The notes beneath the pieces were generated by a model. It did no database searches, was not told the DNA's origin, and saw only the letters and a program-made list of their open reading frames with translations. From Bacteroidota bacterium (GTDB taxonomy: Bacteria; Bacteroidota; Bacteroidia; Cytophagales; ES-bin-26): a stretch of DNA of 64,000 nt. The stretch is taken from assembly GCA_040385915.1 (NCBI GenBank), contig JAZKGK010000011.1, positions 555 through 64,554 of the forward strand, read 5' to 3'. The position numbers and the translations under genes were made by a program. Shown here in pieces: positions 59,270-64,000 of the stretch. The number at the start of each line of letters is the position of its first letter. The first letter of the stretch is position 1.

Positions 59270-60937
59270 TTAGTATGCATATTTCTTCTTGCGAATATAA
59301 TATCGGGCAATACCGAAACAGAACACTAGTATCAGAGGAGCAGCCAAATTAATTACTTGCCATTTCAAACGTTCTTCCTTCAGCCGGAGTTTATCGAGCG
59401 GGCGCAGTTGAATTTCTTTTGCACGTGCCATAATCACTCCTTTTTCGTCCATCAGATAATCTACGGAATGCAGTACAAAGTCTTTGTTGGCAAATACGCT
59501 TCCCAAAAAACGATCTACACCCAGGGGCAATGGTTGATTCTTGCGGCGGTCGAATTCATTGACTACCACATCCCCATCTGAGCAAATAACGATTTTAGAA
59601 GGATTACCTTGTTCACGAAAAGTCTTTGCTCTAGCATCAGAAGCCACAATACGATTTTTGTACAACGATTCAAAACGGCCTTCTAATAAGTAGGCAATGG
59701 GTTTTGCACCAGCATTATAAGTGGCCGGATCAGGATTTTTTCGCGCCTCATTATAAGAAACCGTTACAGGAGAAGGAATTACGCGCGTATACTGGGAAGT
59801 GTACATCAGCGGCGTTTTGATAATGCCTTTTGCTTTAACCGTATCAATCGTTCCAACAAACTTGGTATACACGGCATCCATATTCCGCACAATCGGATGT
59901 TTACCAAAGCTATTGATAAGGGGATAGAAAGTCCAGGGCATCAATTGAATTTGCGGTTGGTTGCCAATCGTTCCAACATTCATCGGAATTTTCCCGGCAT
60001 TCAAATCCTTGACCAGATTAGAATTTAGCCGTACGCCGTACCGGAAAAACAAATCGTCCAGGTTGAGATTATAGGGAAAAGCCAATGTCCCTTGTTCTCC
60101 GACACTATCTATGCGGAGGGCATCAATAAAAAACAAGGCTTTTCCTCCATTTACAATAAATTGATCAATCTTATATTTATCTTCTTCGCTCACCACTGTG
60201 TCAGGCTTAACCATAATAATGCCATCCAAGCCCTGTAAGGTGGGCGACTTGGGCAGGTCCACTGCAAAGACATCGTAGCTTTCCTGCAAAGCTAGGGTAA
60301 GGTCAGCAATGCGGGCTGGAGGCAGGTTACTATACCCTTCCAGAAAACCGATACGCTTTTTTTGCTTCTGCGTGAGTTTACGAATAGCCGAAGCTAGCTC
60401 AAACTCCACTCCTTCTACCGATTGATTGAGCATTTCATTCTGAGTGCCGGCACGGTTGCCTTTTAGTAGCAATACAGGCACTTCCTTTCCTTTGTATACA
60501 ACCAAAGCGCCTGGAAAAATCAATTTTTCAATTTTCTGCTCTCCCTCCTTTACCCTCAAATTAGTGGGTTGTAGCCCTTTTTGCATCAGTTCCAGTTGGA
60601 ATTTATTCCTGGCTTTTACATCGGTATCTGCCGAGGGATTGATGAAACGATACTGCAATTTATCGCCGGCATAGACTTGAAATCCGTCCAGTGTTTCGCG
60701 AATGGCATTCTGCAAACGTATAAAGCCCGAGGCAGTAGCAGGAAAGTCCCCTTGTAGGTAAACTTTTACAAAGACTTCATCATCCAGGTTTTCTAATACC
60801 TGAATTGTAGCATCTGAGATAGTATATCTCTTATCTTCGGTCAAGTCAATCCTGAAAAAATACTGAGAAGCTAGTACGTTCAAGGCAACAATAAGAACGA
60901 TGCTAATAAAAAACTGCAAAAGATGCTTTTTCTTCAT
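59270..60937 (-). CDS. gldG: gliding-motility-associated ABC transporter substrate-binding component GldG
   Basis: MKKKHLLQFFISIVLIVALNVLASQYFFRIDLTEDKRYTISDATIQVLENLDDEVFVKVYLQGDFPA... and a C-terminal TM. ORF 59270..60952 has an alternative ATG 5 codons upstream. Confidence 0.85.
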   Translation of the reverse strand: MKKKHLLQFFISIVLIVALNVLASQYFFRIDLTEDKRYTISDATIQVLENLDDEVFVKVYLQGDFPATASGFIRLQNAIRETLDGFQVYAGDKLQYRFINPSADTDVKARNKFQLELMQKGLQPTNLRVKEGEQKIEKLIFPGALVVYKGKEVPVLLLKGNRAGTQNEMLNQSVEGVEFELASAIRKLTQKQKKRIGFLEGYSNLPPARIADLTLALQESYDVFAVDLPKSPTLQGLDGIIMVKPDTVVSEEDKYKIDQFIVNGGKALFFIDALRIDSVGEQGTLAFPYNLNLDDLFFRYGVRLNSNLVKDLNAGKIPMNVGTIGNQPQIQLMPWTFYPLINSFGKHPIVRNMDAVYTKFVGTIDTVKAKGIIKTPLMYTSQYTRVIPSPVTVSYNEARKNPDPATYNAGAKPIAYLLEGRFESLYKNRIVASDARAKTFREQGNPSKIVICSDGDVVVNEFDRRKNQPLPLGVDRFLGSVFANKDFVLHSVDYLMDEKGVIMARAKEIQLRPLDKLRLKEERLKWQVINLAAPLILVFCFGIARYYIRKKKYAY

Positions 60938-61083
60938 AAAAGTCTGAATCACGGATTCACTTATCTGCTTACAACCTGTGGTGAAATAGTGGAGCTTTCA
61001 ACGGATTTTATTCAAATCTGTGCAATTGGCGTAACCTTTCAAAATCTGGATCACTACTTAACGAAATGTATACCCTTTTATGA

Positions 61084-61110
61084 CAAAAAAATGCCCGCTG
61101 AGGGCGGGCA
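61084..61110 (-). terminator. rho-independent terminator after the 61-aa ORF
   Basis: The minus strand reads TGCCCGC-cctca-GCGGGCA followed by T7. Confidence 0.75.
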
Positions 61111-61166
61111 GATGCAATGAAAGTAGATAGACAGATGCAATACTAAAAGTCAATCAGCTATTGCCA

Positions 61167-61352
61167 TTAGTCATGCAAAACATAATGATTTATTTCTTGT
61201 TTAGCCATTTCCAGGCTGGGGAAACCTTCCCGATTAAGACAGATTAACCAAAATACAAAGAACCTCTTCTGCACGTAATACCAAGGGTTATTATTGTTGT
61301 CTATATATTCAATGATTCTAAGGTCGCGATTGATAGGATTTCCGTTTGTCAT
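61167..61352 (-). CDS. small hypothetical protein (61 aa)
   Basis: MTNGNPINRDLRIIEYIDNNNNPWYYVQKRFFVFWLICLNREGFPSLEMAKQEINHYVLHD. It has its own downstream terminator, but no family is recognised. Confidence 0.45.
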   Translation of the reverse strand: MTNGNPINRDLRIIEYIDNNNNPWYYVQKRFFVFWLICLNREGFPSLEMAKQEINHYVLHD

Positions 61353-61744
61353 AAGTTATCGTGTTTGTCGATGTAAAATGAAGAAGTACGCCTGATTTTA
61401 AATTAAATCATTTTGTAAAAATAACCAAGCCCTCTCAATTTTATAGATACCGAACTTATCCGATTCTTACATGGCCGAGCTTTTGCGAGATTTCCCTCAC
61501 AGTAGCGTTTTTTGAAGAATCTCAAACTATAATTTGAAATAGCACTCCAAACTATAAGTGTTTATACTGATACACAAAACTAAAACGCTTATAAAAGAAA
61601 AAAACGAATGGCTTCTATTGCGTACTAAAAAATGCATTTTTTGGCAAAAAAGTTACACTATAAACCGAACGGCAGCAGAGGCAAAAATCTAGCTCTACAG
61701 AAATCTTGTGTTAGTCATTTGCCCGAATCTAAGGGTATTACAAC

Positions 61745-61774
61745 AAAAAAGCCCCGGAAGTCGGAGCTTTTTTG
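61745..61774 (-). terminator. rho-independent terminator after the cold-shock gene
   Basis: The minus strand reads GCTCCG-acttc-CGGGGC (one G-U pair) followed by T6. The pairing is better on the minus strand. Confidence 0.7.
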
Positions 61775-61800
61775 TTGTAATAAAAACTGTAGGTGTATAA

Positions 61801-61992
61801 CTATACAACTCTTACGTTGATGGCGTTCAAACCTTTCTTACCTTCTGTAACATCGAAAGTAACTTCGTCATTTTCGCGGATTTTGTCAACCAGGCCTGTA
61901 ACGTGTACAAAAATGTCCTGTGATGTCTGACTGTCTTTAATAAAACCAAAGCCTTTGGTCTCGTTAAAGAATTTTACTGTTCCTGTGTTCAT
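61801..61992 (-). CDS. cold-shock protein (CspA family)
   Basis: MNTGTVKFFNETKGFGFIKDSQTSQDIFVHVTGL carries the RNP1/RNP2 motifs. Confidence 0.95.
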   Translation of the reverse strand: MNTGTVKFFNETKGFGFIKDSQTSQDIFVHVTGLVDKIRENDEVTFDVTEGKKGLNAINVRVV

Positions 61993-62064
61993 AACAATAT
62001 TTAAATAGAATAAGCAGTAAAAATAATGATTTTTTTAAAAATTCACTACTCTAGCAAAAAAAAA

Positions 62065-62793
62065 TCACCATTTTCGGCTCCCCAAAATCAGCTTGGTAGA
62101 ATAAAGCATAACCGCGATAACACTAATGAAATACAACACATTACGCGAATCTATTAAACCTTTGCTCAGCGCATTATAGTGATAGACTAAACCTAATTCA
62201 GCAACCAAGTAGGCTCCGCCTCCCCATACTTCCAAACTAGCCAGAGAACTAATGCCTTCGTACAATAAAAAGCACATAAACACTGCAATAACAAACGATA
62301 CGATCTGATTTTCGCTCAGGGAGGATGCAAATATACCGATAGCCGTAAATACTGCCCCCAGCAATACCAATCCAATGTAGGAGCCAAACACGCCCGCAGA
62401 ATCGACATTTCCCCTGGGATTGCCGAGCTGGTAAATAGTATAGTAAAATATGAGCGTAGGTAACAATGCCAAAACCACCAAAGTTAGGCTTGACAAATAC
62501 TTGCCCAGAATAATGTCCCAGTCAGTTAAGGGCTTGGTCAGCAATAATTCTATTGTACCAGCTTTCTTTTCCTCTGCAAAGGTGCGCATGGTGATAGCCG
62601 GAATAAGGAACAAAAAAATGTAGGGAGACAAAGAAAATAAGGTAGATAAATCGGCAAAACCATAATCCAGCACATTAGAATCGGGAAATACCCATACAAA
62701 CAACCCGATGGCAGTCAGGAAAATGGTAATTACCAGATAGCCAATCAGTGAACTGAGATAACTATTAAGCTCTTTTTTGAGAATACTGAACAT
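62065..62793 (-). CDS. gldF: gliding-motility-associated ABC transporter permease GldF
   Basis: ORF 62065..62859 trimmed to MFSILKKELNSYLSSLIGYLVITIFLTAIGLFVWVFPDSNVLDYGFADL...FLIPAITMRTFAEEKKAGTIELLLTKP. Confidence 0.88.
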   Translation of the reverse strand: MFSILKKELNSYLSSLIGYLVITIFLTAIGLFVWVFPDSNVLDYGFADLSTLFSLSPYIFLFLIPAITMRTFAEEKKAGTIELLLTKPLTDWDIILGKYLSSLTLVVLALLPTLIFYYTIYQLGNPRGNVDSAGVFGSYIGLVLLGAVFTAIGIFASSLSENQIVSFVIAVFMCFLLYEGISSLASLEVWGGGAYLVAELGLVYHYNALSKGLIDSRNVLYFISVIAVMLYSTKLILGSRKW

Positions 62794-62858
62794 GTTAAGT
62801 TGAGGAGTGGAGAAGTGGAGGCGTTTTTTATCGGAAATTAATTGATTTAAAACCCACA

Positions 62859-62893
62859 CCGCTAATGACTAAAGGCTAATCACTAACCGCTAA
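62859..62893. repeat. five tandem heptamers abutting the gldA stop codon
   Basis: CCGCTAA TGACTAA AGGCTAA TCACTAA CCGCTAA on the plus strand; on the sense (minus) strand this reads TTAGCGG TTAGTGA TTAGCCT TTAGTCA TTAGCGG. Confidence 0.8.
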
Positions 62894-63805
62894 TCATTGG
62901 GTTAATGTTTGAAATATCTTTTCCAGGTTATTTTCCTGCTGTTTAAGCCCGATCAACACCAAGCCTTGTTCAGAAGCAAGTTTGAAAATATCAGGTCGTA
63001 CATCTCGCTCATTGTCAGCAATGATTTCATAGCCTCCCATAGACAGGTATTTCACTTCGCTTACCCCTTCAATTTGTAGCAATAAGCGGGTATCTACTTC
63101 AGAGCTAAACTCAGCAATAACCGTTTGCTTGTTTTGTCGCAAGTGCCGGAGAGCGGCTACTTCACTATCAGCTACTACTTGCCCAGTACTAATAATGATT
63201 ACCCGATCGCAAAGTGCTTCTACTTCCTGCATGATATGGGTAGAAAAAATAACTGTTTTCTCCTTTCCAATCTGACGAATTACATTTCTGATTTCTACAA
63301 TCTGATTGGGATCCAAACCTGTGGTAGGCTCGTCTAAAATTAGTACGGGTGGATTGTGAATCAGCGCTTGTGCTAAACCAACTCTTTGGCGATAGCCTTT
63401 GGACAAAGCGCCAATTTTTTTTCGTTGCTCTAAGTTTAAGCCCACCAAATCCACCATTTCCTTTACTCTATTTTCAAGCAGGTGTCCTTTTATGCTGTGG
63501 AGAGAACCAATAAAAGCCAGATACTCGCGTACGTACATATCCAGATAAAGCGGATTATGCTCAGCCAGGTAGCCTACACTCCGGCGTACATCCATCGGCG
63601 ATGTGGTGACGCTAAAGCCGTTTACTTCTATTGTTCCGCTCGTGGGTGGCAAATAACAAGTAGCCATCTTCATGGTTGTGGACTTACCCGCTCCATTTGG
63701 CCCCAGAAAGCCGACGACCTGGCCTTGCTGCACTTCAAAAGAGACATTATTAACCGCTTTCTGAAGCCCATACACTTTAGTAAGATTGGTAACTACTACT
63801 GACAT
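62894..63805 (-). CDS. gldA: gliding-motility-associated ABC transporter ATP-binding protein GldA
   Basis: MSVVVTNLTKVYGLQKAVNNVSFEVQQGQVVGFLGPNGAGKSTTMKM... (Walker A), LSKGYRQRVGLA (signature), LILDEPT (Walker B). Confidence 0.9.
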   Translation of the reverse strand: MSVVVTNLTKVYGLQKAVNNVSFEVQQGQVVGFLGPNGAGKSTTMKMATCYLPPTSGTIEVNGFSVTTSPMDVRRSVGYLAEHNPLYLDMYVREYLAFIGSLHSIKGHLLENRVKEMVDLVGLNLEQRKKIGALSKGYRQRVGLAQALIHNPPVLILDEPTTGLDPNQIVEIRNVIRQIGKEKTVIFSTHIMQEVEALCDRVIIISTGQVVADSEVAALRHLRQNKQTVIAEFSSEVDTRLLLQIEGVSEVKYLSMGGYEIIADNERDVRPDIFKLASEQGLVLIGLKQQENNLEKIFQTLTQ

Positions 63806-64000
63806 AAGTACATGAGCAAATTAATTGTTTAGGTTGCTGAGGGCGGTCACCACCAGCCAGGCAGAAAAACACTTTACGATCAATACGTATTTGCAAAATA
63901 TCCCAACCTACGTGAATAAGCTAGTAAGATAACTGGCCTTGACACCACAAAATTAAACGATGTTCAGTAAGAATGGCAGAATTATAAGAAATTATCGCTT

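Noticed and set aside
62859-62893. Possibility that the tandem heptamers or hairpin repeats are a CRISPR array
   Set aside because: The units are 7-8 nt with no spacers, arrays are under 40 nt, and no cas genes are present. They are not CRISPR.
63960-64000. ATG TTC AGT AAG AAT GGC ... at the right edge as the start of a plus-strand gene
   Set aside because: Only 13 codons are visible before the window ends, so it cannot be supported.

Overview
This window is almost entirely conserved housekeeping DNA from a Bacteroidota chromosome, probably Cytophagia/Sphingobacteriia-like. The lineage call rests on the gldA/gldF/gldG gliding genes, a T9SS type-B C-terminal sorting domain, TAnnTTTG-type -7 promoter boxes, start codons without Shine-Dalgarno motifs, and the DUF3467 gene after rpoC.

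From about 10.3 kb to 43.2 kb there is one co-directional (minus strand) transcription/translation supercluster:
- tRNA-Tyr/Gly/Thr-tuf
- tRNA-Trp-secE-nusG-rplK-rplA-rplJ-rplL-rpoB-rpoC-DUF3467
- rpsL-rpsG-fusA-rpsJ
- rplC through rplQ (S10/spc/alpha blocks with secY, map and infA, plus a 38-codon rpmJ that the ORF track misses)

Left flank: a putative lipoprotein, a YtxH/DUF360 stress-membrane pair, lpdA, prfB (with its programmed +1 frameshift), aspartate kinase, an LMW tyrosine phosphatase, an FtsB-like gene, eno and carA.

Right flank: an ECF sigma/anti-sigma/His-rich beta-barrel OMP module, a 979-aa T9SS cargo protein, sdhCAB, lysS, a ParDE toxin-antitoxin pair, an orphan ExbD-like gene, sixA, a DUF4421 protein, dnaN, and the gliding ABC transporter genes gldA-gldF ... 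gldG, split by a cold-shock gene and a tiny ORF.

I found no transposase, integrase, CRISPR array or recognisable defence genes, and I cannot support a claim of a novel multi-gene system here.

The signals most worth a second look are non-coding:
1. A family of intra-operon spacer elements built from tandem 7-8-nt words rich in TAG/TAA/TGA. Several form long hairpins (perfect or one-mismatch): 20 bp between two tRNAs and 24 bp between sdhA and sdhB.
2. Two near-identical 19-nt promoter-like/hairpin modules inside the ribosomal-protein cluster.
3. An ORF-free 450-bp stretch inside the gld cluster.

Promoter and terminator calls come from motif and hairpin inspection by eye, with no folding energies computed.
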